Shown piece by piece: positions 9,736-21,188 of a stretch of DNA of 64,000 nucleotides. Origin of the DNA: Promethearchaeota archaeon (GTDB lineage: Archaea; Asgardarchaeota; Lokiarchaeia; Sigyniarchaeales; SOKP01); assembly GCA_030603385.1 (NCBI GenBank), contig JAUVXW010000004.1, forward strand, positions 64,001-128,000. Reading direction: 5' to 3'. Both the position numbers and the translations under genes were made by a program. How positions within the stretch are numbered: position 1 is the first letter of the stretch; each line of letters begins with the position of its first letter. The notes below the pieces were generated by a model. It saw only the letters and a program-made list of their open reading frames with translations. It ran no database searches and had not been told where the DNA came from.

Positions 9736-10884
9736 TTAGTTATTTAGAGCCATTTTGGTATAAATTGAAATAATATCTCCATCTTCAATTATATGGTTTA
9801 AATTAGCAATTTTTTGACCTGGATGTCTTGCAGAGTTCCCCCATATTAGCGAAAACCGAAAATCTTTTACAAATCTTTTATGAATCTTACGACAAAGAGT
9901 TTTCATGTTATCACCTTTATGAAGAATTATTGGTTCATCCATATCTGCTTCTTTTTTAGGAGGCTTTAAATATACTCGAATTAAATTCAATTCTTGGAAA
10001 ATACGATGGCGAAGTGCATTTATATTTTCTTGATTTTTTGCTGAAATCATGACCCAATGATTGTGCCCAATAGATTCCGTGATTTCTTCTGGTGAGAGTG
10101 GAATCTTCATCAAATCTACTTTATTAATTACAACAAATTCTTTTGTATAAACCCGATTTCCCATTATAAAATCAATTAATTGATCCGGTGTAGTATTTGG
10201 CTCAGAAAAATACACTCCTGCATTAAGAAGACCTAATTCGTTTGATAAAGCTTTAACCTCATTTTTATCCATTAATTGAGGGCCTTTTGAAGTGAAGTGA
10301 ATCCCACCTCGAGTTTATTCTTTAATAGAAATTCGTGATGGTCGACTATTTAAACGGATACCCGCATTATTTAGTTCATTTCTAATTTTTTTCAAATCTA
10401 GAAAATTGATGGTTCCATCTTCTCGAAAACAAATGATTATTAGAATCAATTCAGCTGTCCGTACAGCACCTAAGACTTGTTTCCCTTTACCTTTTCCGGT
10501 GGCGGCTCCTAATATGATACCTGGCAAATCTATCAGCTGTATTTTAGCATCCTCAATATTCATCATACCAGGAATGGCAGTTATTGTAGTAAAATCGTAA
10601 GCTGCTACTTTTGAATGAGTATCACCTTCAGTTAATAGGTTAAGCAATGATGATTTCCCAACGGATGGAAATCCAATAAAAGCTACTTGGGCATCACCCG
10701 ATTTTTTAATCCCAAAGCCCCCGCCACCTCCTTTCTTAGAACTCGCGATTTGAATCAAATTTTCTCGGAGTTTGGCTAATTGGGCTTTAATATAATTTAT
10801 ACTACGCTGAGTGCTCTTATTTGGGATAGTCTCTGCTAACCGTTCCTCAAGCTCCTTAATTCGATCTTCAACTTTTTCACTCAT
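9736..10884 (-). pseudogene. DRG/Rbg1-family OBG GTPase with TGS domain, interrupted by one in-frame TAA (10315-10317)
   Basis: GFPSVGKSSLL, YDFTT, DLPGII, C-terminal TGS domain (IWGNSARHPGQ). The two track ORFs are in one frame, joined by ISIKE*TRGGIHF. Confidence 0.8.
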
Positions 10885-11125
10885 TCCATGTATATAAAAC
10901 TACTATATCCAAAAAAATTTTCGAAAATTACCTAAGAAAAAGGTTTTTAATAAAGTTGATAATTTAGAAAAACATTTCAGAAGCCATTATGACGATATGG
11001 GTTATTAGTTGATGCCCATTGACCGAAATAATAGTTCGTAGAGGAATTTATTTTAGATAGATGGTAATAAAGAAAATTAAGTACTGAAAATTTTAAAAAT
11101 ATAACAAAAATAAAATAAAAGTTAA

Positions 11126-12343
11126 TTATTCCATTCTTTTCCTTCTGCGTCTTATTAACAGTAGGGCTGCTACACCAATCAATGCCCCTCCACTAATAAC
11201 CGAAATTAAAATAATCAGTTCGATTGGAATTCCACCATCTTGAGCTGAAATTGGACATTTCATTAATGGAAAATTGTCTTGACTTCCTCCAGTAATAATA
11301 TATGGTGTATCCCCAATTCCATCACCATCTTCGTCTGAACCCGTATAATCAGCCCAATAATTACCCTTAATTCCATTATCCCATTCATTAATAGCACCCT
11401 CATCATCAGCATTGAGAGTATTATTAAAACAATTTAGATATATGTTGTTAAATAAAGAAACATGCACGTTTATTCCAGCATCCCCGTTATGATTTACGGT
11501 GTTTCCTGTAATATTGTTATACAAACTACTCCATAAAGATATCCCCCATCTGTTGTTAAAGGAAATAACGCATTCAGATATAATGTTATTATCAGAATCA
11601 GTAATACCAATCCCAATATTATCATTATTATTTACAGTGTTTTCAGAAATAATGTTATTAATACAATCTCCTAAAATTACCCCATTCCAGTTGTTTTCAC
11701 ATATGTTTCCCGAAATGGTATTATTATCACTACTAAGGCCTAATGATATCCCCTCCCCATATTCTGCACCATTTACCGAATTTCCTGAAATTTCGTTATT
11801 ACTACTATGAGTTAAATATATTCCATCCACACTATTATTACTTACTGTATTTCCCGAAATTTCGTTATTGCTACTACTCGATACACGTATACCATGACCG
11901 TTATTATTTGAAACGTTATTGTTTATTAATAATCCATTACTCACTGATGATAATACGATACCCGCATTTGGATATTCAGCAGAATTATAAACTCTACAAT
12001 TTTCTATTTTGAAATACACATTGGAATTTGCAATCCAGATACAACTGCTAGAATTTTTCCCATCGATTATCAAATCTTCTATAACATACGGTTCAGAAAA
12101 GGTACCATTCCCCGTACAATTTCCCGCACTTTTAAAAGCAAGCCACCCAGAATTATCGTCAATATGAATTTTTCCCGAAACTGCTGAGATTTTTGGAATC
12201 TCGTTATTGAAAATAATATCATCGCTATAGCCCGAACTTTTGTTGTAATTGTCCGTAATATAACTAAGATTAGTGGTGATTATTGGTAATAATGCGAAAA
12301 GGATTCCTATGATGATTAAATTTGATTTTACATTTGATTTCAT
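11126..12343 (-). CDS. Membrane-anchored NosD/CASH right-handed beta-helix protein
   Basis: N-terminal signal/TM segment, repeated GIxLxxSxNNxISGNTVxxN, GNYWADY...DGDGIGDTPY, C-terminal TM plus RRRRKR. Confidence 0.85.
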   Translation of the reverse strand: MKSNVKSNLIIIGILFALLPIITTNLSYITDNYNKSSGYSDDIIFNNEIPKISAVSGKIHIDDNSGWLAFKSAGNCTGNGTFSEPYVIEDLIIDGKNSSSCIWIANSNVYFKIENCRVYNSAEYPNAGIVLSSVSNGLLINNNVSNNNGHGIRVSSSSNNEISGNTVSNNSVDGIYLTHSSNNEISGNSVNGAEYGEGISLGLSSDNNTISGNICENNWNGVILGDCINNIISENTVNNNDNIGIGITDSDNNIISECVISFNNRWGISLWSSLYNNITGNTVNHNGDAGINVHVSLFNNIYLNCFNNTLNADDEGAINEWDNGIKGNYWADYTGSDEDGDGIGDTPYIITGGSQDNFPLMKCPISAQDGGIPIELIILISVISGGALIGVAALLLIRRRRKRME

Positions 12344-12612
12344 ATTATTTTCACTATATTAGAAAAATATAATTTGTATGTGATTAGTAATTAAGGTAAT
12401 TTCCTTTATAACATTTCAATCTATTAAGGAATAAATCAATTAACATTTCTGTCAATTAAGTATAACGGGTTATAATAACAAGATTATTTTCTTATTTCAT
12501 AAATGCTCTCAAATGTTAGTTTTTGCCCTCTCTTTTACAATGTGAAACTTTTGGACTAATAAAATATTTAATTTGTTAATAATAAGCTTACTTCGCTGAA
12601 AATACTGATATT

Positions 12613-14505
12613 TTATTCCTCTTCGTCCTTTGTTTTTATTAAATCTTTTTTATCTTCATCTATATTTACTTCATGCGAAACTTCAAATTTTTTTGCTTCA
12701 TCTACATCTCTTTTCATAAGAATTTCTCTTTTTGATTCAGCGTACTTATTTTCTTTCAATTCTATAGCAGGTATACCAAAATATATCCAGCCAGGTTTTA
12801 AAACTTGATCGTAGGTGGTTGAACTAATTGCTCCAATTACAGATTCTTTTTTTATAATAGTTCCTGGTGCAATTGAAGTCTGTCCTCCAACCATAACATA
12901 GTCATCAAATAAAACACCCTTAATTAATAAATATTTTCCAACAACCATGGAAGACATAATGGTTGCCCCCTGTCCGATCAGAACTTTACGACCTAATTTA
13001 ATAAATTCAGAGTCACACCACGTATCAGCTAAATGACTTGAAAAATCCATATCAACCCCAAGTTGCTGAAAAGCTATTACATCTACCCATGGAAATGGTG
13101 AATTCCGTAAAAACCATAAAGAAATCTTCTTTATTTGCGTTCGGAGCTGCCAGAATTCAAAATCTGTGCTTCCTATTTGCGCTTTAAAAACGCCCTCTTT
13201 AGGTTTATGAATTAAATTTACTAATATTAAAAGTAATTTACTGAAAAGAATACACGCTACTATAAAGATGTATAGCAATCCAAATAAGATGACTGGAAAA
13301 AAAAGAAAAAATGGTAAATGAAATCTTATAGAATTTCCATCTATTATATCCCCGGAATACCAATACCATAGGATTGTAATAAGTAAACCTGAAATCCAAA
13401 ATATTGGTATATAGACTAACAAAAACTTTACATTCACTCTGCTTATCGCAGAGCTAGTTGTGAAATCAATCGCCAAATCTTCTTTTGAAAGACTATTAAT
13501 ATCTATTTTTTCTTCTTGTAAGTCATCCAACAATTGTGTGTTATTAGGAACTTTATCTGTTTTCTCTAATCTACGCTCTTTCTCTTTCAATTGATTTAAT
13601 AATTTTTTATCTTTATACTCTTCAATATTCGCATTCTTTTCTAGATCCTTTGGTTTAACATCTAAGTATTCCATAATCTTTCTTCTAAAGATTCTTCTCA
13701 TAGGCATTCCATAATAAAAGTGTTTTCCTCCCTTTAATACACTATGTTTCGGTGTAGAAGCTAGAGGTAATAGATATGAATCATCAAAAATCTCACATCC
13801 TGGGGCAATATTGGCAAATGCAGCAGATGTTACATTATTACCAACTTTAATTTTAAAATAGGAGATATTGCCAAAGATCCCCTCAACAAAATGGCTCGCT
13901 AATGTAGTATTCACACCAATATAACAGTTCTCGCCGCATTCTATAAATTTATCCATACCGACAGACTCCTCAAAGGTTGTACCTTTTCCAATTTTGTTTG
14001 AGCCAACAAAATTAAAAAACCAGTTGCTGAGCCAAGGAAATATACCCTTATTAAAAGTGTTTTTTCCGTATTTTATCATAAAAGCCCTGATATGATAATA
14101 ATTTGCTGTTCTACTTTTTACATTTCGTGGAATAATTCCAGATATCGATGGAGATGTTCTTTCCGTAATTCTCCATATAATTCGTGTGATTAACCCTATC
14201 AGAAATAAGTGAATTAAATAGCACATTATAAGAACTAATGGCATAAATAAAAGAGATATCAACGATTTAAAATCAGTAAAAATTGATATAAAACTAAGAT
14301 TTTCTAAAAAGTATATCCGAAAGGGAAAGAAAAAGTATAACAAAAAAACAAATCCGGGGATTACCCATGAAATGTAATAAATAATAAAGAAAATAATAAT
14401 ATACAAATGAAATTGAACACTTACCTCCTCTTTAATGACTTCATTATTCAATTCATTAGAAGAGGGATGTTCAATTTCACTGTCTTCGTTGTTCATTTCT
14501 ACCAT
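12613..14505 (-). CDS. Membrane protein with two TM+hexapeptide modules (AB fusion, copy 1)
   Basis: N-half resembles 28759-29688 and C-half (DFTTSSAISR...) resembles 27876-28766. Hexapeptide repeats in both halves. Confidence 0.8.
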   Translation of the reverse strand: MVEMNNEDSEIEHPSSNELNNEVIKEEVSVQFHLYIIIFFIIYYISWVIPGFVFLLYFFFPFRIYFLENLSFISIFTDFKSLISLLFMPLVLIMCYLIHLFLIGLITRIIWRITERTSPSISGIIPRNVKSRTANYYHIRAFMIKYGKNTFNKGIFPWLSNWFFNFVGSNKIGKGTTFEESVGMDKFIECGENCYIGVNTTLASHFVEGIFGNISYFKIKVGNNVTSAAFANIAPGCEIFDDSYLLPLASTPKHSVLKGGKHFYYGMPMRRIFRRKIMEYLDVKPKDLEKNANIEEYKDKKLLNQLKEKERRLEKTDKVPNNTQLLDDLQEEKIDINSLSKEDLAIDFTTSSAISRVNVKFLLVYIPIFWISGLLITILWYWYSGDIIDGNSIRFHLPFFLFFPVILFGLLYIFIVACILFSKLLLILVNLIHKPKEGVFKAQIGSTDFEFWQLRTQIKKISLWFLRNSPFPWVDVIAFQQLGVDMDFSSHLADTWCDSEFIKLGRKVLIGQGATIMSSMVVGKYLLIKGVLFDDYVMVGGQTSIAPGTIIKKESVIGAISSTTYDQVLKPGWIYFGIPAIELKENKYAESKREILMKRDVDEAKKFEVSHEVNIDEDKKDLIKTKDEEE

Positions 14506-14600
14506 TAAAAGCTTTGATTTGCAATTGATCCTTATTATATTTTAATAGATATTTTTTTCCTTTTAAATTTATGAGTCTTAAGCATAGATAAAGATTTGCT

Positions 14601-14996
14601 ATGAATAACAAATGTGAAAACTGTGGAAAATGTTGTTTAGATACAGAAATGATTCTTTCTTTTGAAGATATCGAATTAATAAAGAAAAATTCAATCGATA
14701 ATATAGGAGAAGGTGATTTTGTGTTTAAAAATGAAAATGAGCAATTTCAACTCAAAAACATTGATGGTCATTGCGTTTTTTTAAATTACTCTGCAAAGAA
14801 ATGTAACATTTATGAATTTCGACCTCAAGGATGTAGATTTTATCCATTAATCTATGATATTAACAAAAAAAAATGCTTACTTGATGATGATTGTCCTAAA
14901 AAGGATCAATTTTATAATACAAAACAAAGTCTAAAAATTACATGTTCGAATTTGAAAAGGTTTTTAGAACAACAATTTACTTTGAAAATTGATTAA
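14601..14996 (+). CDS. YkgJ family cysteine-cluster protein
   Basis: CENCGKCC ... CVFL ... CNIYEFRPQGCRFYP. Confidence 0.88.
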   Translation: MNNKCENCGKCCLDTEMILSFEDIELIKKNSIDNIGEGDFVFKNENEQFQLKNIDGHCVFLNYSAKKCNIYEFRPQGCRFYPLIYDINKKKCLLDDDCPKKDQFYNTKQSLKITCSNLKRFLEQQFTLKID

Positions 14997-15008
14997 AGTT
15001 GAGATATC

Positions 15009-16847
15009 CTAGGTCAGATCTTTTTTGTCTTCTTCAATGTTAATTTTATGCTCAACTTCAAACTTCCTCTCTTCATCTACATCTTTTTTCATAACAATAT
15101 CACGTCTTTCTTCAGCATATCGGTTTTTCTTTAATTTAATGACGGGAATTCCAAAATATATCCATCCTGGTTCGAGGATCTGATTATATGTAGTTGAACT
15201 TATAGCTCCAACGACTGAATCCTTACCTACTATTGTTCCAGGTGCAATGGTTGATTGTCCTCCTATCACTACAAAATCATCAAGAATAACATCTTTAATT
15301 AATAAGTATTTTCCAACGACCATTGATGACATTACGGTAGCACCTTGACCTATTAGAACGGATCTTCCCATTTTTATAAATTCACCATCGCACCACGAGT
15401 CAAATAAGGAACTTGAAAGAGTCATTTTTATACCCATTTTTTTAAAAACTAATATGTCCATCCAAGGAAGAGGCCAATTTCGTATAAGCCATAAAACAAT
15501 TTTTTTTAACTCTGTCCGTAAACACCAAAATTCGAAATCACCATTACCTTTTTCAGCTTTAAAGACCCCCTCTTTTGGTATATGAATTAAATTTATTAAA
15601 ATTAAGAATAATTTAGTAAAAAAGAAACTCGCTATAATAAAAATAAACCACATAAGGATGACCATCGTTGGTAAAAAAAATGCCATAACCAACCACCTAT
15701 TATATCCAACATAATAAGTAAATGTATAAAACATTATGGTTACTAGCATACCAGAAAGCCAAAATATAGGAACATAGACAACTAAAAATTTTAAATTTAC
15801 CCTTGAAATTGCACTACTTGTCGTAAAATCAATTCTTAAATCTTCTTCATTTATATTATTAATATCAATATTATCTTCATTTGAATCTGTGAATTCTTGT
15901 TCATATTTAGGAAAAACTTCAGATTGTTTGATATCTTTCATGGCTTTTAATTTTTTTAACAGATTTTTATCTTTATAGCCGTTAATATTTTCATTTTTTT
16001 CTAAATCCTCTGGTTTAACACCTAAGTATCCCATAATCTTTTTTCTAAAGATTCTTCTCATCGGAATTCCAAAATAAAAGTTTTTTCCTCCCTTTAATAC
16101 ACTATGTTTCGGTGTAGAAGCTAGAGGTAATAGATATGAATCTTCAAACACCTCACTTCCCGGAGCAATGTTAGCCATTGCAGCAGCGGTTACGTTATTA
16201 CCAACTTTAATTTCAAAATAGGAGATATTGCCAAAAATCCCCTCAATTAGATGGCTTGTTAAGCTTGAATTTACTCCAATATAACAATTCTCGCCTATGT
16301 TAATAAATTTATCATTAACACAAGATTCTTCTAATGTTGAACCTTTAGAAATTTTACTAGCTCCAATAAAATTAAAAAACCAGTTGCTGAGCCAAGGAAA
16401 AAGCCCTTTCATAAAAGCATTCTTTCCTTGCTTAATCATAAAACCTCTTATTTGATAGTAATTCAATGTTTTACTTGGGAAATTTCTTGGTATAATCCCT
16501 TCTTTACTTGGTGACCTTTTTTGGCTCAAACTCCAAAAACCACGTGTAATTAGACCTATGAAAAATAACCGGAGAAGATAACAACAAATGAGAACAAAAG
16601 GCATAGAGATTAATGCTAATAAAGGCTTAAACTCGGTAAAAAGTGCCAAAAAATTAGTAGTTTCTAAAAAATGTGGTAAGAAAAAAAGAATCATATAAGT
16701 CATAAATAAAATTGCCGGAATTAATAAAGAAGCTAGAAAAATTGTAAAAAGAATAAAGAGATACCAGAAATATGGATTTTTAATTTCTTCTCTAACAGTT
16801 TTTTCCTCTAAGCTATCCTCAGTCGATTGTTGCTCTATCGTTGTCAA
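15009..16847 (-). CDS. Membrane protein with two TM+hexapeptide modules (AB fusion, copy 2)
   Basis: Paralog of 12613-14505 and 17011-18843. Confidence 0.8.
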   Translation of the reverse strand: MTTIEQQSTEDSLEEKTVREEIKNPYFWYLFILFTIFLASLLIPAILFMTYMILFFLPHFLETTNFLALFTEFKPLLALISMPFVLICCYLLRLFFIGLITRGFWSLSQKRSPSKEGIIPRNFPSKTLNYYQIRGFMIKQGKNAFMKGLFPWLSNWFFNFIGASKISKGSTLEESCVNDKFINIGENCYIGVNSSLTSHLIEGIFGNISYFEIKVGNNVTAAAMANIAPGSEVFEDSYLLPLASTPKHSVLKGGKNFYFGIPMRRIFRKKIMGYLGVKPEDLEKNENINGYKDKNLLKKLKAMKDIKQSEVFPKYEQEFTDSNEDNIDINNINEEDLRIDFTTSSAISRVNLKFLVVYVPIFWLSGMLVTIMFYTFTYYVGYNRWLVMAFFLPTMVILMWFIFIIASFFFTKLFLILINLIHIPKEGVFKAEKGNGDFEFWCLRTELKKIVLWLIRNWPLPWMDILVFKKMGIKMTLSSSLFDSWCDGEFIKMGRSVLIGQGATVMSSMVVGKYLLIKDVILDDFVVIGGQSTIAPGTIVGKDSVVGAISSTTYNQILEPGWIYFGIPVIKLKKNRYAEERRDIVMKKDVDEERKFEVEHKINIEEDKKDLT

Positions 16848-17010
16848 TTTATTAAATTTTTAATTTTGATTTATATTTAGTAATTAAGATAATTTTTCTA
16901 AAAAACTCAATGTTTTAAAAATATGACCTAATTGTAAAATTGATTACTTGTTAAAAGAGTCTTTATAAAAGCAATTAAATATGAAAATAAATTAAAAAAT
17001 TAGAGGCTTT

Positions 17011-18843
17011 TTAAGCAAGATCTTTTTTGTCCTCATCTACATTGATTTCATATTCAATTTCATACTTTTTCTCTTCGTCTACATCTTTTTTCATAAGGAT
17101 TTCTCTTTGCGATTCAGCGTATTTGTTTTCTTTTAGCTTGATAACAGGAATTCCAAAATAAATCCAGCCTGGTTCGATAATTTGATTATATGTGGTTGTA
17201 CTAATAGCACCAACAACGGAATCTTTACCTATTATTGTTCCAGGTGCAATGGTTGATTGTCCTCCTATCACAGCAAAATCATCGCATATAACCTCTTTAA
17301 TTATTAAATATTTTCCAACGACCATTGAGCTCATAACCACAGCCCCTTGACCTACAAGGTTTTTACGCCCAAATTTAATAAATTCACCATCACACCATGA
17401 ATCATATAAAGTACTGGAAAGAGACATTCTTATTCCCCCAAATTTGAAGGCTAATATGTCCATCCAGGGAAGAGGCCAATTACGTATAAGCCATAGAACA
17501 ATTTTCCTTAATTCGGTCCGTAAACACCAAAATTCCCAATTAGTGTCTCCAACTTCGGATTTAAAGATACCTTCTTTAGGTTTATGTATTAAATTGATTA
17601 AAGTTAAAAATAATTTACTGAAGAAGAAACAAGCCAGTATAAAAACAAACCACATAAGGATGACCATCGTTGGTAAAAAAAATGCTATAACCAACCAGTT
17701 TCGAACATAAAATGTGAACGTATAAAACATTATGGTTACTAGCATACCAGAAAGCCAAAATATAGGAACATAGACAACTAAAAATTTTAAATTTACCCTT
17801 GAAATTGCGCTACTTGTTGTGAAATCAAGTGCTAATTCTTCTTCTGATAATTTATTAATATCTATTTTTTCTTCTTGTAGGTCGTCCAACATTTCTGTGC
17901 TATTAGGAATCTCATCTGTTTTCTCTAATCTACGTTCTTTCTCTTTCAATTGTTTTAATAATTTTTTATCTTTATACCCTTCAATATTCTCATTTTTTTC
18001 TAAATCGCCAGATGTTATCTCTAAATATTCCATAGTTTTTTTTCTAAATATCTTTCTTAATGGAAGCCCCCAATAATAATTATTTCCTTTTAGTGCACTA
18101 TGTTTTGGAGTTGAAGCTATTGGAAGTAAAAAAGAGTTGTCGTAGACTTCTGATCCAGGGCCAACGATATTCATTACTGCTCCAGTAACATTATCTCCCA
18201 CTTTTACCTTAAAGTAAGAAACATTCCCAAAAATTCCCTCAGTAGCGTGGCTGGATATGGCAGAATTAACCCCTATGTAGCAGTTCTTGCCTACTTCAAT
18301 AAATTTATCATTACTTACGGACTCCTCAAAGGTACAACCTTTTCCGAATTTACTTGCTCCGATAAAGGTGAAGAACCAATTACTAAGCCATGGAAAAATA
18401 CCTTTCATAAAGGAATTCTTTCCGTATTTAATCAAAAAGCTCCTAATATGATAATACTTGAGAATTCTACTTGGAAAATTTCTCGGAATTATCCCATCTT
18501 TACTAGGGGATTTTTTTTCACTCGATTTCCAAAAAGCACGAGTAATTAATCCCACGAAAAATAAGCGGATTAAATAACAACCAATAAGAACCAAGGGCAT
18601 AGAGATTAATGCTATAATGGGTTTAAATTCAGTAAAAAGCGTGATAAAACTTGTAGTTTCTAAGAAATGTGGTAAGAAAAAAAATCTCATATAAGTCATA
18701 AATAATATAGCAGGAATGACCAATGAAGCTAAAAAAATCGTAAATAGCATGAAGAGATACCAAAAATATTGATATTTAATTTCTTCTCTAATCATTCCGT
18801 TCTCAGAATCGTTTTCAATTGACTGTAATTTAGTATCTGCCAT
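17011..18843 (-). CDS. Membrane protein with two TM+hexapeptide modules (AB fusion, copy 3)
   Basis: Paralog of the two preceding genes. Confidence 0.8.
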   Translation of the reverse strand: MADTKLQSIENDSENGMIREEIKYQYFWYLFMLFTIFLASLVIPAILFMTYMRFFFLPHFLETTSFITLFTEFKPIIALISMPLVLIGCYLIRLFFVGLITRAFWKSSEKKSPSKDGIIPRNFPSRILKYYHIRSFLIKYGKNSFMKGIFPWLSNWFFTFIGASKFGKGCTFEESVSNDKFIEVGKNCYIGVNSAISSHATEGIFGNVSYFKVKVGDNVTGAVMNIVGPGSEVYDNSFLLPIASTPKHSALKGNNYYWGLPLRKIFRKKTMEYLEITSGDLEKNENIEGYKDKKLLKQLKEKERRLEKTDEIPNSTEMLDDLQEEKIDINKLSEEELALDFTTSSAISRVNLKFLVVYVPIFWLSGMLVTIMFYTFTFYVRNWLVIAFFLPTMVILMWFVFILACFFFSKLFLTLINLIHKPKEGIFKSEVGDTNWEFWCLRTELRKIVLWLIRNWPLPWMDILAFKFGGIRMSLSSTLYDSWCDGEFIKFGRKNLVGQGAVVMSSMVVGKYLIIKEVICDDFAVIGGQSTIAPGTIIGKDSVVGAISTTTYNQIIEPGWIYFGIPVIKLKENKYAESQREILMKKDVDEEKKYEIEYEINVDEDKKDLA

Positions 18844-19118
18844 TGCTGTTTAGTATATTGAGAATAATTCAATGATTTTTAAGATATATTAAATTAATAA
18901 GAAAATTTGATGTGCACTATTTAAAACTATTGCAAAATCTAAAAGAGAACTCGATGTCTTAATTTATTGGATCTTGAGATATAGTCTGTACATGTTTTAT
19001 AGTCTGGAATTCTATATCTAAATGGTTCTTCTTCCGCCATTTTTTTAGGAAATTTCGAAAGAAATTTGGATTTAGACTTATTGAATTAAGTTGGGTATCA
19101 AAAAAATCTGTAATTTTA

Positions 19119-19245
19119 GCTTGGATTACTCGGAAATAAAGCATTAAAAAATTAGAGCTTTTTCTAGTTATGCTTATATCCTTCGCAAAAATTTCTATAT
19201 TAATAATGGAGTGTTATTTAGATCTTCTACAGTTGTTTCATTTAA
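19119..19245. repeat. 127-bp direct repeat, copy 1 (copy 2 at 21412-21538)
   Basis: gcttggattactcggaaataaagc...ctacagttgtttcatttaa is identical by eye at offset 2293. Confidence 0.9.
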
Positions 19246-19386
19246 AATTTATTATATTCACCTATAAATGCAATAAATGCGGACACGAACAACAACTCGA
19301 ACTTTACTATGGTATAGACTAGATAAAAATTACTGGGCGGTATAATAATAACAAAAACAAATTAAAGAAAAAAAATGGATTTAAAT

Positions 19387-19827
19387 TTAAGGAGTAACAG
19401 TTATTTGCTTCTTATCAAAATCATCAGGATTTCCTCCATCTTCAAGAAATTCTGCGAAACTCTTTAAGCCTTTTAGTAATAACTCAGCAGCTTTTACGAG
19501 GATCTTTTCATTCTTTTCATCCTCAAAGTCTCCCCATATTGTAGCTTCGACAATATCTCCTTTGGGATTTAAAATATAACCCAATGCATTAAAGATTCCA
19601 CCTTCTATCCTCACTGAAATTTTATCTGGTTCAACGGTCTCAGTTCGAATAGATGTAAAATCCCCCACTGTAGATTTAACAGCGAATTTTCCTTCAGATA
19701 TTTGCGTTATTTCATTTGTAGGCAAATTCCATTTAACTCCTAATAAAGGGTCATCTAAGATATCAAAAATTCTCTTTTGAGACGCTTTAATATCGATCTT
19801 TCTCTCAACACGAACCAATACTTTCAC
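19387..19827 (-). CDS. SRPBCC/START-like family protein
   Basis: VERKIDIKASQKRIFDILDDP...KWN N-terminus and C-terminal helix LKGLKSFAE. Confidence 0.7.
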   Translation of the reverse strand: MKVLVRVERKIDIKASQKRIFDILDDPLLGVKWNLPTNEITQISEGKFAVKSTVGDFTSIRTETVEPDKISVRIEGGIFNALGYILNPKGDIVEATIWGDFEDEKNEKILVKAAELLLKGLKSFAEFLEDGGNPDDFDKKQITVTP

Positions 19828-19948
19828 ACCTACTATTTTTAAATTGGATTAAGACTTGTGCATTATACAAGTATAACATTTTCCTTTATATACATTTGTA
19901 TGAGAATTATCAGTTCTCGCTTGTAAAAAAGGGGAATTTTTCCATACT

Positions 19949-20343
19949 TCATTGAACATAGATGGTTGTCTTCTTATGTATTTTTACAACTTTAACTTGA
20001 GGCGTGTGATTTACAACGATTAGATCTATTTTTCGCTCCTTCTCTCGAAACGAGAAGATATCTCCTCTAGTCACAAGGCTATTGTTTAATTTTTTAGCTA
20101 AAACTTCTGGATTTTTTATTGCTACCTCCTGATGATAACATTTGTACCACTATCCTTATAATAGCTCGGAAATGCAAATGCTGAGGTTATCTTTTTTGCG
20201 GAATCATTATAAATGCATATAATACTACTGGCTTCGATGATATTATTCAAAAATAGACTTGGATCCACTCGAGCAATTCCCTTTCCGGCATCCTCTTTAA
20301 AAGCTTCCTTAACTCTTAATTTTTTTCCAATAATCTCTATCAC
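19949..20343 (-). pseudogene. Stand-alone CDC48/VAT N-domain remnant with internal deletion and frameshift
   Basis: LRVKEAFKEDAGKGIARVDP (CDC48_N) continues in another frame as VLAKKLNNSLVTRGDIFSF...IDLIVVNHTP..VVKIHKKTTIYVQ* (CDC48_2-like). The intervening segment is missing and there is no ATPase domain. Confidence 0.65.
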
Positions 20344-20358
20344 TATAAATTTTTATCC

Positions 20359-20724
20359 CTATAAATGAAAATAATAATGACTCTTATAATACACTCCCTT
20401 AATCTTTCCCTCATCAACCATACGAATTAGATCTCTTTCCACTTTCTCATCATTTATCTCATAGGATTCTTCTACCCCAAAATGACAATCAATAAATGCT
20501 TGAAGTGTATACGCTTTTTCTCTATTTTCTTCAAAGAATTGGTAAAATTTCGCTTGATTGTGCTCCAAGATTATATCCTTATTTATTCCGTTAAGCTTAT
20601 ACAGATCTTCAACTAGTAATACTCTATGATCTTCACAATAAAGTTCTTTCTTATGGTTTCTGGTGAAGTAAACAGGGTGGTTATCCTCAATTTCTTTAAA
20701 CATACTAACTTTTTCTTCTGACAT
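20359..20724 (-). CDS. Hypothetical protein
   Basis: 121-aa ORF with ATG and upstream AAGG SD-like sequence. Confidence 0.6.
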   Translation of the reverse strand: MSEEKVSMFKEIEDNHPVYFTRNHKKELYCEDHRVLLVEDLYKLNGINKDIILEHNQAKFYQFFEENREKAYTLQAFIDCHFGVEESYEINDEKVERDLIRMVDEGKIKGVYYKSHYYFHL

Positions 20725-20827
20725 TTTTATAACCTTCTTTTTTAGTGACTAATAATTATAGGGAAAGTATTTAAATGAAAAAAAATCTAAAATTGAAAAA
20801 AGGTTAGCCGTAGCCTTTCATGGCACA

Positions 20828-21067
20828 TTATACTGTCTTGCTTTTAGAGAGATTAAACCCAATTTTCCTTAAAATCCAATTTTCGATAAGAAACTCTTGT
20901 AGGATGTTTTCTTTTTTAGAATAGCTCGAGTCGATAAATCGTTTTGGAACCCAGAAAGAAATTCCATTATAAATCCTAATGAGAACTGATTTAGAAGTCT
21001 CATTCATGTAATATCCTTTTATTGTGCTACACAAATTAAAATCTTTTGGGATGATAGATTCTGTCAT
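20828..21067 (-). CDS. Small hypothetical protein
   Basis: 79-aa ORF with an ETSKSVLI...FWVPKRFI motif. Confidence 0.55.
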   Translation of the reverse strand: MTESIIPKDFNLCSTIKGYYMNETSKSVLIRIYNGISFWVPKRFIDSSYSKKENILQEFLIENWILRKIGFNLSKSKTV

Positions 21068-21128
21068 GAAATAAAGAAATGCCTAAATACATAAAAAAAG
21101 AAAAAGTGTGAAAATTTAGTAATTAAAT

Positions 21129-21188
21129 TTATTCTATCATTTTCAGAAATTCTTCTTCTGTAATGATTTTGGTTTCTTGTCCTTGGGC
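21129..21188 (-). pseudogene. BRCT-domain C-terminal remnant
   Basis: AQGQETKIITEEEFLKMIE* resembles the end of LigA/RFC-type BRCT domains. It is preceded by a stop codon and has no start. Confidence 0.4.

Noticed and set aside
10272-10320. Intron at the DRG GTPase break
   Set aside because: The sequence aligns to the family without extra residues and there is no hairpin. It is a single-codon change.
18959-19144. 61-aa ORF as a transposase remnant
   Set aside because: No recognisable catalytic motif or terminal inverted repeats, so it cannot be supported.
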